Part shown: in pieces, positions 14,402 to 26,119 of the stretch
Layout: the number at the start of each line of letters is the position of its first letter
Position numbering within the stretch: the stretch's first letter is position 1
NCBI RefSeq assembly: GCF_000143415.4
Contig: NW_003314313.1
Location: 497,365-561,364, forward strand
Length of the DNA stretch: 64,000 bases
Origin: Selaginella moellendorffii
Taxonomy: Eukaryota; Plantae; Lycopodiophyta
Direction of reading: 5' to 3'
The notes under the pieces: model-generated
The model's input: the letters and a program-made list of their open reading frames with translations, nothing else
Told to the model about the DNA's origin: nothing
The model's database searches: none
Translations under genes and position numbers: made by a program

Positions 14402-16124
14402 TGTAAGCGACTAATTTTTCCATTTTACTTTAGTCACTTAACCACACCTCCGACCACTTGGAGGAGTCTCATTCACAACCTCCATAAGTCCCATTCAGGA
14501 CTTGGGGCTTGCTAGCCCCGAGAATGGCATCCATGCCACTCAACCTTAGCACTTGGTCCAAGTGCTCCACGTATCCGGTCCCATGACCGACACCCAAAGG
14601 TACCACTGACATCTCGGCCCGTTACGCTAAGGCCATGCCCATTCACCTTTGCTGCGCAAATGGTCCGATACCACTTGCATCACCATCCCGTCTCTCCAAG
14701 ACTGGTCCATCTGTCTACGAGGGGTCATCCTAGATCCACTCCTTAGCATCCTTAGGATGCCCACAGACCTGGGGAATCGCCTTCCCCAAAGTCCCTTTGT
14801 CAGTTCCTACCAAGTCCCTTTCTGCCCCTGGCCGTGTTTGCCAACACTGCCACTGGATCGAGGCCCACAGGCCCGACCACTAAGTCCCACGGTCCTCTGG
14901 GACTTCCTCACCACACGACTGTGTCCTTGGTCACTACCCCAGAGGACTGCTCCTCTTCCTTTCCACAGTCTGGGCCTTTGGGACGACATTTCGGAACACC
15001 GTGGCCTTACGCGAGCCACCTGGGTACTCTCCCCACCTATTGCCTTTAGGTGCTCTAGCCATGGGCTTAGAGCGAGGTTCCGTTGAGCCACGCCTGGTAT
15101 CCAAGTAGGTAGTGCCACCCACACTTGGACTGGGAGCATCGGCCAGTCGATCTCCCGGGGGAACTAGAGCCGGCTCTTGAACACTTCACCAAGCTACCCC
15201 GCTTGTCGGTCCGTATTCACTCTAGTCTTGGACTTCTCAGTGGTCAGTTCATCACCCAACACTGGGTCTGGCCTTCCTGGGCCAAACTGGCCTTTCCTGG
15301 CCAAACTGGCTCCACTGCAGTCCTCCCCCTACTATACTTTTGGAGCTCACCAAACCCCCCAGGGTCTGGGAGACGAACGCTTTGGGCTTTCACCCTCTCA
15401 GGCTCCGGACTCGGACTCGGACTCGGACTCGGACTCGGATTCGGATTCGGACTTGGACTCGGGCTCAGGCTCGGTCTCGGCCTCGGCCTCGGTCTCGGTC
15501 TTGGTCCCGATCTCGGTCTCGGTCTCGGTCTCGATCTCGGTCCCGGTCTCGGTCTCGACTTCGGACTCCATCTCGGACTCCATCTCGGACTCCATCTCGG
15601 GTCCATCTCGGACTCCATCTCGAACTCCATCTCGGACTCCATTTCGGGTCCATCTCGGACTCCATCTCGGACTCCATTTCGGGTCCATCTCGGGTCCATC
15701 TCAGACTCCATCTCGGACTCCATCTCGGACTCCATCTCGGGTCCATCTCGGACTCCATTTTGGGTCCATCTCGGACTCCATCTCGGACTCCATTTCGGGT
15801 CCATCTCGGGTCCATCTCGAACTCCATCTCGGACTCCATCTCGGACTCCAACTCGGGTCCACCTCGGACTCCACTTCGGACTCCATCTCGGACACTCCCA
15901 CGTGTCATGTGTTGGTCCTTTTGGGTCCCTTTTTGGAGCCTCGCCTTTTGCTCGCTTCGTGCTCGTTCCTCGAGCACTTCGTTGGGAGTTCCACTCCCGC
16001 TCTTGACTTTTCAAGTCGGAGCTTTTGGTCCAAACGTGTTACGCTCGTTTGGCTCTCGCTTCGGCCACTACCATGTGGCGCCCTTCCGGCTCCACTTTGG
16101 GTCCTAGGGATTTTGTGTCTCACA
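14402..16124 (-). repeat. 5' LTR of element B
   Basis: Adjacent to the PBS; homologous to 8531-10299. Confidence 0.95.
15403..15890. repeat. Minisatellite inside the 5' LTR of B
   Basis: Same units as 9530-10065, with different copy number and order. Confidence 0.95.
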
Positions 16125-16129
16125 TATTG

Positions 16130-16762
16130 GAATAGGACTATCACTCATAGGAAGTGGAGCTGAAGGACGTGCAGCGAGAAGTGGGAGAGGCGACGTCTCA
16201 TAATGTTGTGCTAAGCGAAGAGCATCGTTAAGGGTGGCGGGAGCAAGTGCATGCATAAGTCCAACAAGATCTTTAGCTACAACATTCCAAGCTTGATCCG
16301 CTCCGACATATTTGGCTCCGCACAAAGCAAAAGACTTTGGAAACGAACGCCAAATTGCATCACCGACTCAAAGGGCCCTTGGCAAAGATGATGCAATTGT
16401 TGGAAGGCATCATCACAGTTGTCGGCATGTCCGAAGGCACGTTTGAAGACGTTCGAGAGAACACTCCAATCCTCACTAGTAGCTGCGCTCAAACCATTGT
16501 ACCACTGCAATGCCGTCCCTTGGAAACACGTGGGATACTCACGAAAACATCGAGCATCATCCCATGAATGATATGTGGCAATCACTGTGAAGTGATTGAA
16601 CCAATGGTACACATCATCCCCAGGATTCCCACGAAAGAACTCCGGCCGAATGCAAGGATTGGCACCAAGAGCAGGAGGAGTTGTACCACGTGTCATGAAT
16701 GCTGCCATCAACTGAGTTTGGTTGTTCAATTGCAAGCACATAGCATAAAGCAATTGTACCAA
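16130..16762 (-). pseudogene. gag (5' part) of family A copy 2; remainder at ~8300-8530
   Basis: PEFFRGNPGDDVYHWFNHF..FQGTALQWY..LCQGPFESV is a typical retrotransposon capsid with the QG..ESV motif. Confidence 0.85.
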
Positions 16763-17037
16763 CTACTGCTCCAGAGTCAAAGGAGAAGATTGCTAATCTA
16801 CCATGAAGATGAACAAAAAAGAAAGAGCAAAAGAAGAGAAATGACAAAAAGCTAAAAGGAAATGGTAAATCTAGACAATGCAAAAAGCTAAATCTAAACT
16901 AAAATCCTGAAAGGAAAGAACAAAAGAAAGGAAATGGAAAAAACTAAATCTAAACAATGCAAAAACTAAATCTAAACTAAAATCCCAAATCCAAACACTC
17001 CTCAGGGACAATCAAAAGTGCCCCTCACCTTTACTAA

Positions 17038-17213
17038 TGTGAGTGTTTGGAATATAGAAAGGGAATACAAAAAATGTGCATATTAATTGGCCCAAAAACC
17101 CTAACTTAAATACAAGAGTGAATGGTCCAAATTAAAACTAATCCGACGGCTACCAAAATCCCATTATGCTAATATTAACATACGGCATTGTAGCTATACA
17201 CTTGGCCCTCACA
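17038..17213 (-). repeat. 5' LTR of family A copy 2
   Basis: Homologous to 4674-4849; followed by TSD GCTG. Confidence 0.92.
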
Positions 17214-17919
17214 GCTGAAAAAGACTAATACATTGCATTATGTCTATTAATGAAATTTATAATTGGCATTAAAAATTTTGGTTTAACTTGGAGAGTCTGA
17301 ACAAATCTTTCATGTATTGTTGTGTAATATAGATTAAATTTAGATCCTAAAATTTATTTAATTAATCTGTAACATGTAATTTATTCAGATTTATTAAGTG
17401 CATTAAGCATGTAACAGATTTGATTATAGACACATTCAGCCTATATGGTTACAAACTTTCAAAATCTCATTTGATGTAATTTCAAACCTAATTCTTAGTG
17501 TTGACTCTACCAAGAAATTAGTATCCTTTCTCCTCTTCTTGACATGTCTCAAGCAGTAGTTAGCATTCTAATTCATAAACTCCACCTATAAAAATATGAG
17601 TTGAAATCTAAGTTTAAGGTGATATTTTAACAACCAATCAAATTAACCATTCAGAAGGCAAGTAAATAGATATTTCTATAAAAGGTACTAGATTTTTGAA
17701 ACTTATTATAATTTAATTTTATAAGTTTCTGTTTTAAAGTTTGTAATTGGTGTTCAATGTAACACCAAGTATGTCTATCAGACTACTCTCCATTACAAAT
17801 TAACAGCATCTTACACACAACAATAGATGTTATTGAAACTCTGTATAACATTTTCAGATCTTAATTTATTCCAATTTTAGAGAATTTTATCAATACAAAT
17901 TTAAATGTTTTCTAATTTG

Positions 17920-20244
17920 CTAGTTAGGGTTTTCTAGTGGACGGGCCGGGATCTAGAAGAATACCAAGAGGAGGCATTAATGGATTTGTAAGTGGTGTTA
18001 ATTGTTCTTGATCCCTTTATACAAAATATTTCAATCACTATACATGCACAATTTTTAGAGGATCAGCTTGTTGGACATTATTCTGAACCTCATAAAACTA
18101 AGTTACCACAACACTTGATACAGTCCCTTTCACTGAGGAAGGAGCCCTTTAAACAAACCATATACCATAAGATTGGAAAAATAAACTAATACCAAGTCAT
18201 CCATTTTATACTCTACAGGTGGATGATAATGGGAGTTGTAATATTGTTGTTATCTTATTTGTATGTGGCCTAGGTATTTAGTAAACTCTGCTCAGACTAG
18301 TGGAAGAATGCTTATCAAATACTAATACCAAGATTTAGCATCGATAACTCGTGGCAATCACGAAGGTAAACTCAACTTCATCAGTAGTATTGGATAAAAG
18401 TTTATATAGTAAAGCACTAACATAACTCTACACCCTTATGACACACGCATACCAAAGAGATGGTAAATAACCATCCCAATCCAAATATTAAAAGTTTATA
18501 TATCTTGTGATTATTCCTTTGAAGATTTGAATAAGCTGTTTTACCAAACCATCTAACTGTGGATGATAAACACTAGTGAAAGTGTGACATATCTCTAATT
18601 GAAACATTAAAACGTGAAATGCCTTAACCATAAATGCAGGACCATTATCCGAAAAAGTTTGTTCCAGACATGATTGCTAGAACACCACTCGATTAAGGAG
18701 GAAGTATTTAATAGCAATTGCAAATGCACTAACAAGAGCACTCATTTCCACTCAGTAAGTTAAATAGTTAGAAGCAAAAATGACATACTCATTACCAGTA
18801 GTCGACTATGGAAAAGGCCCCATCAAATCAAATACCACCAACTCAAATAAACCCAAAACTATAATTGACTCTAAATTGTCCTTCTACAACACAAGGGGAA
18901 TATTAAGAACTTGGCACCAAAAGCAACTAACATACATACCGGATAATATTATGTCACATCTATGGTTAATAGAAAGATTTATGCAATTTCTCAGTCACAC
19001 CATGATTTCCCATATATCCTATATGACTTTTATATATATATATAAGTCATGATTTATATTTGTGGTATATGAATCTATATGATATTTGATATAAGATATA
19101 TAGATATTACTATTTTCTATGCTATTTTCTATATGATAGCAATGTTTGATTATAGACACCCTCGGCCTGCATGGGTTACTAACTTTCAAAGTCTCCTTTG
19201 ATGTAATTTCAAACCTAATTCTCAATGTCAACTCTACCGAGTTCATAAGAGAAATTGATTTTAGTGGAAGCCTGCTACTGTGATGAATGGCATCAATGGC
19301 TCTCAATCGGCTGAAAACACAAAAGATGGGCACCTGTAGGCAATAATTGAGGGACAAAAGTGATCTCATTGTCAAACCAACCTATGTTGTTATCTTCAAC
19401 CATGTCTAGCTCTTCCTCCTCCTCCCATGGATAGATGACCATTGGCCAGTGTGTTTTCGCCAGCGACACTATTCATCCTTATGCCTAGACCCACAGTCTT
19501 CTTGACATTGTTGGGTTTGATAGGACTTGGATGTGATTTGAAGAGAACTTTTTGCTCAGTGATTAGTTGCTCTTGGATGCACTTGTGATCTTGCCAGCTA
19601 GAAAATGACTTTTTTGCCTAGATGTAACTATAGGAAAGCAAATGCTTACCCATATCTGTCACTTTTCTTCTTCCTTTTTATATTGCAAGTGATTGTCAAA
19701 TTATGGAAAATGTCAGTTTTCCACATTTTCTACATCCAGGATTAATAGAAAATTGGCTAAGAGTAATTATTGTCACTTTGATAGGCCAAATTGCAAATGC
19801 AAATTAACATTAAAACCTACAATATCATGGAATGAGTTTCCTACCACTTGAGGTTTATCTATTTGTGTTCCCACAAATTAACCTTCACATAATTATCAGT
19901 CTCAGTCCTCAGCTTGAGAAGGTGATATTTAGCTCTTGAGAATAGACAAAGAAAAGATGAAAAAATGAAAGAGTAGAACTTTACAAGATAATTGCACATA
20001 ATAAAACTGATTCTAGTGAGCAATAACTTATATATTAGTCTTGTTATGCAAAACAATGAATCTCTAACATAGAATCTAGCAAGCTTTTCCTAAATGCTTT
20101 TAGCAAAAGAGCAAATTCCTAATGCAATAAGCTTGCTTCCTTAACTATTTTTTTGTTAACCATCTTAACCACTTTTTACAAAACCACACACAAAGGAAAT
20201 GAATCTAGATTGAATATACCACCCTTGCTCTTTTAAATATAAAA

Positions 20245-20313
<69 letters not shown>

Positions 20314-21496
20314 CAAGCTTGTCAAAACAAGCTTGGAAGTAAACACTAGATAAACTGGTGCCAAGTGAACCCTTTGATGATACTCCAAAAAAAAAGATAA
20401 AAGAGTCACTAACTTATTCATGCAAGAACCATTTGTTATTTGTGCAACTCCTCATTTCCCAAAAGCATCTTAGTGTTTAAACCTTCCATTGCAGTAGCAC
20501 CAACATAATGTTATTGATGCCAAGGTCTTCACCCAAAAAATGGAGGTTGCCAATCTGGAAAACACAGATAACACTAATAAGTATAAGCAAATTCATCATA
20601 CATGTAATAGTGGACATCACGACAACAACCACATCTTCACCTTTATCCTTGAACATAAACAGTATCAATAGCAACCTTTATTGGAACAAGATTAATCTCA
20701 TAGAGAAAGTGGACTTGAAGGATGTATAATGAGAAATGGAAGAGGTAATATCTCATAATGTTGTGCTAAGAAAAAAATATTGTCAAAGGTGATTGGAGCA
20801 AGTGCATGCACAAGTTGTACAATATCTTGATGAAGTGTTGATTATAACATTTTTAATTTAATCCACTTTGACATATTTGGCTCTGCATGAAGCAAGAGGC
20901 TCTGGAAATAAATGCTAAATTGTATTATTGACTTAGATAGCACTTGAAAAAGACAATGCAATTGTTTGAAGGCATCATCACAATTGTTAGCATGTCTAAA
21001 TACATAAAGACATCTAAGAGAATGCTCCAATTTGCACGAGTGGTTACACTCAAACTATTGTATCATTGCAATATTATCCCTTGGAGATATATAGGAAACT
21101 TAAGTAAACACCAAGCATCATCACAAGAATGATATGTGGCAATCACTATAAAGTGATTAAATCAATAGTATACATCATCGTTAGGATTCCCATGGAAGAA
21201 TTCTGACAAGATGCAAGGATTGGCAGCAAGAGTAAAAGAAGTTATACTATGTGCCATGAATATTACTATCAATTGAGTGTGATTTTTCAATTACAACCAC
21301 ATAGCATTGAGCAACTACACTAACTACTACTCTAGAGTTAAAGGAGGAAGAGGGTGTAACAAAAAGGAAAAATTAAATGTGAAATTAGCCCAAAAACCCT
21401 AATTTATATACAAATTAAAACCAATATAACAATTATCAAAATCTCACTATGCTAATATTAATATACAATATCATAGTTGTACACTTGTACCTCACA
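17920..21496 (-). mobile_element. Decayed, internally deleted family A copy 3 (integrase ~17920-19020, gag ~20330-21350, LTR remnant ending 21496)
   Basis: Colinear similarity to 4870-5950, 8180-8530 plus 16130-16790, and to the LTR (CCCAAAAACCCTAA...GTACACTTGTACCTCACA). Confidence 0.85.
20247..20308. repeat. (TA)n microsatellite
   Basis: Directly visible. Confidence 0.95.
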
Positions 21497-22667
21497 AATA
21501 TACATATTAGAAAATCAATCAAAACAATTAAAGCTTTTGCACATAATAAATTGAATCTCTAGTTATAAGTAGAAGTCTTTGCAGCCCAAAGTGGGCTTAA
21601 GTACAGGACTCGACAGCTTAGATGAGTTTCATTACATGTTGGACGTTCATGCTGACATGGAGTTTCATGTTGTGACAGAGTTTTAGTAAGACAACAAGCC
21701 GACATCTGGGTATGGATTATCTTCTGGATTTTTAGCCACCCCTGTATAGAAGACCAAAATCTAAGTGTGAGATCTCGTAGCGTGTGACCGTTTAGTGGGT
21801 TTTTATGGTAGGCAAGACCTGAAGAAGACTAAGAAATCCAAGCGTACCCTCTGCACCTCATAATATGCTGGTAGCATCTGACAAGTTTGAAAAAACTTCA
21901 GGTGGTGCTGATGGATCGTTTGTCCATGCAATCTGAGCAGTGGCCTGGATTCACTCTCTCAACCGATAAAACAGTCGTTTGTCGGAGCAAGGAGACTTCT
22001 TGGAGACCTTGGAGACAGTAATATGGTGGTAACTAATCAGCTTTGATATCAACTTTGTTGTATGCTTTTTTGTGTGTTTGCAGCTCCTATGTACAGGACC
22101 ATGCTTGCTTATCAAAGTGAGACTTTCGAGCTCAACCAGTTGACCATGATTTTGGCATCTTATGTACACGGACTTTGTTATCAGTCCAAAGGTGAGCGAA
22201 GAAACAAGGTTTGCTTAATAATCAGTGACAGGCGGCAAGGGCTGGACGATTTTTGTGGATCCATAACATGCATGCCCTTTTACAGGATGGCAAATAGGTT
22301 AAAACTTTACATATAAAGTTGGCATAATAATATTGGTACTTCAAATGGAGCTAGTGCCCAATGGCTTAGTCACAAACCTTAAAAGACAAATAGAGGTTCA
22401 TTTATTCATTATCTGTTTACAGGGTTTAGTGACCCATCAAGACGCATGAGACAGGACACATTATATTAAGAAGACTAGTCTTCAGTAAACTCTCCCTTAT
22501 ATCCTTTGAAAATTCAAATTTTCAATGCACTCAACATCCACCATATTACTTGGTATTTAAGGAAATTTATAATACTTATAAATTTGAATAAATCTGAATA
22601 TCCAAAAAATCACTGTTAAGTTTTTCAACATCATACTTCACTGAATGTTTGAGTAATGGTTTAAAAC

Positions 22668-23702
22668 ATGAGCCAAGGCATTGTTACTTGGACTAAATTG
22701 ATCAGCAGAGCTCAAGATTTACACAATGCCAGGGTTGTCTTCGATGCAATGCCTCAAAGGAGTGTAGTTTCATGGAACGCAATGATCAGTGCTTGCCTCA
22801 AGCATGGCCAATATTTAGAGGCCCAAGCGCTCTTTAAGAAAATGCCCAACAAAGATCTCGTGTCGTGGACAACCATGATCACAGCGTATTCAGAAGCTGG
22901 GCATCTGGAGGAATCGTGCGCTCTTTTTAATAGCATGCCAGAATGGAACATTGTCACATACACAGCCATGCTGACGGCATATTCCATGCATGGCATTGTA
23001 GAAAATTCCATGGGTGTCTTTGAGAATCTAATGCCAGAGCACAATATTTGTTCGTGGGCCGCCATTGTAACAGCATATGCTCGGAACGGGCATCTGGAAG
23101 CTGGCCGGCACTTGCTAGAAAAGATGCCGGTTAGAGATGTCGTAGCGTGCACCGCCATGATAGAAGCATATGCCTCTTGCGGTGAACTAGACCTTGCAAG
23201 GAAAACTTTTAACGAGATGGACGAAAGAGACCTGGTATCCTGGAATGTTTTGATCCTGGCGTATGCCTCTGTTGGGCGTACTGCTTCTAAAGCTCTGGAC
23301 CTCTTCTTCTTGCTGCAAATCCATGGAGTGGAGTGTGATGAGATTACTTTCACTGGAGTTTTGGCCGCCTGTGCCCGTCAAGGTGAATCTGGCAGGAGTC
23401 GTGACTTTTTGGTGTCTTTGAGCATGGACTATGGATTGAGACGAAGGCTGAAGCATTTCTCTTGCGTGATTGACAGCCTTGCTCGAGCAGGGCAGCTGAA
23501 AATGGCTCAGGACCTTTTAGACAACATGCCATTCTTCCCGGATTCCATCTCTTGGACGGCTCTTATGGGAGCTTGTCGAGTCCATGGCGACACAAGACGA
23601 GGTCTTAGATCTGGGAACAGAGTGATGGAGCTAGAGCCGCACAGTGCTGCTCCTTATATGACCCTTTGTAGAACTTTCAACGATCATACGTTAGAAGGTT
23701 AG
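22668..23702 (+). CDS. PLS-class pentatricopeptide repeat protein with E-type C-terminus
   Basis: Tandem ~31-aa S-type repeats (VVSWNAMISA..G, DLVSWTTMITAY..G), then HFSCVIDSLARAGQL..MPFFPDSISWTALMGACRVHGD. Confidence 0.9.
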   Translation: MSQGIVTWTKLISRAQDLHNARVVFDAMPQRSVVSWNAMISACLKHGQYLEAQALFKKMPNKDLVSWTTMITAYSEAGHLEESCALFNSMPEWNIVTYTAMLTAYSMHGIVENSMGVFENLMPEHNICSWAAIVTAYARNGHLEAGRHLLEKMPVRDVVACTAMIEAYASCGELDLARKTFNEMDERDLVSWNVLILAYASVGRTASKALDLFFLLQIHGVECDEITFTGVLAACARQGESGRSRDFLVSLSMDYGLRRRLKHFSCVIDSLARAGQLKMAQDLLDNMPFFPDSISWTALMGACRVHGDTRRGLRSGNRVMELEPHSAAPYMTLCRTFNDHTLEG

Positions 23703-23777
23703 AGATTAATAATAATAATAGTAATGTTTCGCGAAGATGTACCTTGAGAAGGATTGCGAGCATAAGATGCAGCAAGT

Positions 23778-23930
23778 TCAATAAGCCTTAGGAGACACGG
23801 CAATGGCGTGACCTTTTATTGCCGCCCGGTAGACGCACTCAATAACATCAATCAGCTCATCCCTGGGGAGAAGAAAATCGATGTCCCCAGTACCACAGTC
23901 GATTTTGATGTGCGTTCTCCCCGGGCGCAA
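23778..23930 (-). pseudogene. C-terminal fragment of a Dim1/TXNL4 (U5 snRNP thioredoxin-like) gene
   Basis: HIKIDCGTG..RDELIDVIECVYRAAIKGHAIAVSPKAY resembles Dim1 HIMIDLGTG..KQEFIDIVETVYRGARKGRGLVISPKDY. No N-terminal half recognised. Confidence 0.6.
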
Positions 23931-24229
23931 GGAGGAGGAATAGGTGTGATAAAGACCAGGTTCTTCAAATCCTTGGCCCATCACACCTGACCTCTCACCG
24001 CAAGCCGCTGCCCTCGATCACGCATTCTAATAAAAAGTTAAGTTAGACCATAATTTATAGATGAGGTCAAAGGATTTTTTTTAACTACAGTATATAACTT
24101 ACTTTCTTTTTTTTAACTACAGTATAGCATGACAAGAAGTCCATATAGTGATCATACTAATAACTATCCTCCTAGTTTTAAATAAATATTTATGCAAAGA
24201 TGCCTGTTTTCCCAAGTAGTCTCTGATCC

Positions 24230-24722
24230 ATGGAGCTCCGCTATCTTCTTCTTCTTGTGGTGATGATGATCACAGCTTCTCAAATCACTGCCGCTCCTCC
24301 AAAGAGACCCTCATCTCTCCGCGACACTCTCCAAAACACCACCAATCCATCCGGTGACGCCTCCCAAGAGGTGGCCGGCCGGGGTCACAACATCACAGGC
24401 ATCGACTTTGGGAGGTCATCGTCTTTAATGATAATCTCTCTGGGTTTTGCACTGCAAACATCCAAGACCGGGTGAGGGAATTTACATCTATACTCAGATT
24501 CAACCTGGGAATGCTCTTAACGCCATGTCTGTCTTCTCGATCATCGACAGCCATAACGAGTTTAATGGCAAAACCAACTTCATTGTGATTCTCTGGCCTT
24601 CGAGGGACATATCTGTGGTTGGAAGCACCGGGGACTTCGAGCTCGCCAGGGGAATCGCGAGCCTCTCCATTGATGGTGCTACTTTCATCATCAAAGTCAT
24701 TGCCAAGCTCTTCTACCACTGA
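24230..24722 (+). pseudogene. Dirigent-like protein gene with two apparent frameshifts
   Basis: Signal peptide plus FG, EVIVFNDNL and GEGIY..RDISVVGSTGDFELARG (dirigent motifs), each lying in a different frame. Confidence 0.75.
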
Positions 24723-24876
24723 AAGAAATGTTATGTTCCTGGAGAATCAATAAGAAGTCTTTACCTTCTGATCAGTTGTTTAGATATCCAACTTCCTGTG
24801 TCTTTCAAGATATAACAAGAGACTTACAGTAAAAAAATTGGTAGAACTTCCCTCGAGAATCAGTTCTTAGATGATC

Positions 24877-26062
24877 TTATCCAGCTTCGGTTCTCTTGCT
24901 TCTGAATCCCAAAGGTCGTTTGCTAGGTGCTCCTGGTCTCCTTGGGTATTTCTCCGGCGTGGGAGTAGCTTTCAGGCACACAACTGCAGTCCTGGTCCCG
25001 AACGGACTTTCAGAATCAACTATCGAAAGAAAGTATGATGAGAACTCCTTGGCAATAGTGGAAATAAAACTTGGAACCTTCAATAATGTTTGCACATGAT
25101 CCTCCCAAAAGCGTTATAGCTTCTTCTGCGCTTTTAACTTCCTCCTGATCCACCAAGAACCGATCAAGAACGTGAACTCTTTTCTAAGACGAAAACAGAC
25201 CTCAGGATTGGCACCCTTAGCGGCAACCATGATTCCTCCAGCGGCAACAAAAGGCAAGCACAACTCGGCTACACCATGTCATGAACTCGTAAGTTTTTTA
25301 AACACACTTCTCAGGACATTAAAAACTCACCGAGAACTCGCATTTCTGCGACAGCTCTTGCCACTGCTACATCGAAAGTTTCACGAAACTCCGCATCTCG
25401 TCCTTTTTCCTGACTAAACTCATAAAAAATCACCAGCAAACATCTTAAGCTTGAGAATAGTTACCTCTGCCCTTGCACGAACGACGCTAACATTTTGTAA
25501 ACTCACAGCGAGCACAGCGTCCTCTAAGAAGTCACACTTTTTCTGAATGGATTCTATCAGCGTAATTTTCCAGTCTGCATCACAACACCACAGGAATCAT
25601 CTACGTTGGTTATCGGAGAAAAGATATATCCTAGGAACTACGACTTACTTGGTCTTGCAATACCAAAAATGATTCCTGGAAGACCAGCACCACTGCCTAT
25701 GTCGACCACCTTCAAATTCCCATCGCTCAGTGAGCAGTGCTTTTCAATCACTGGAAGAAGTGAAAGAGAGTCTCTTATGTGCCTTTCCATCATTTCCTTA
25801 CGGTCTGTCACGGAAGTTAAATTCATACGCTGGAAGCACGAATGAATGGGATGAGTCGAAGAACACAAAAATTTCTAGAAATCTCTCTAACCTGGTTCCA
25901 AACGAGAAGCTTGTCAATGTAGGCGCTCACGAGCTTCGATTGCGATGGATCGAGCGCATTCTCGCAGAAGACTCTCGCTCTAGACGAGAAACATACCAAT
26001 CGATTGCCGCCATGGCCTTGGAGCGCCTTCCACTGGAGCAATAGTTTGGGAGATAGTGCCAT
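24877..26062 (-). CDS. rsmG: 16S rRNA m7G methyltransferase RsmG/GidB, probably organellar, multi-exon
   Basis: [48 protein letters not shown] and [17 protein letters not shown]. Confidence 0.92.
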
Positions 26063-26119
26063 TGCGAAGAACTAGGGTTTAGGGCTTTCTCTTTTTGTGT
26101 GGATGGAGTAGCGGGAGAA
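26063..26119. promoter_or_regulatory. 57-bp bidirectional intergenic segment with telo-box (TAGGGTTTAGGG)
   Basis: Lies between the RsmG ATG (26062) and the LST8 ATG (26120); motif at ~26073-26084. Confidence 0.55.

Larger units (their letters stand above)
8531..16124 (-). mobile_element. Non-autonomous LTR element (LARD-like, family B): ~1.75-kb LTRs and a 4.1-kb internal region without long ORFs
   Basis: LTRs at 8531-10299 and 14402-16124 (TGTAAG...CTCACA). 5-bp TSD TATTG at 8526-8530 and 16125-16129. PBS TGGTATCGGAGC (tRNA-iMet type, minus, 14387-14398). Purine tract GGGTGGTGGAGT before the 3' LTR. Confidence 0.93.
4674..17213 (-). mobile_element. Full-length but inactive non-chromoviral Ty3/gypsy LTR retrotransposon (family A, copy 2), interrupted in gag by element B
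   Basis: 176-bp TG..CA LTRs at 4674-4849 and 17038-17213. TSD GCTG at 4670-4673 and 17214-17217. PPT GAGAGGAGGGGATGA (minus, 4850-4864). Domain order gag-PR-RT-RH-INT on the minus strand. Confidence 0.93.

Noticed and set aside
21540-22330. Exon-like sequence upstream of the PPR gene
   Set aside because: Could not assemble a coherent frame or recognise a family.
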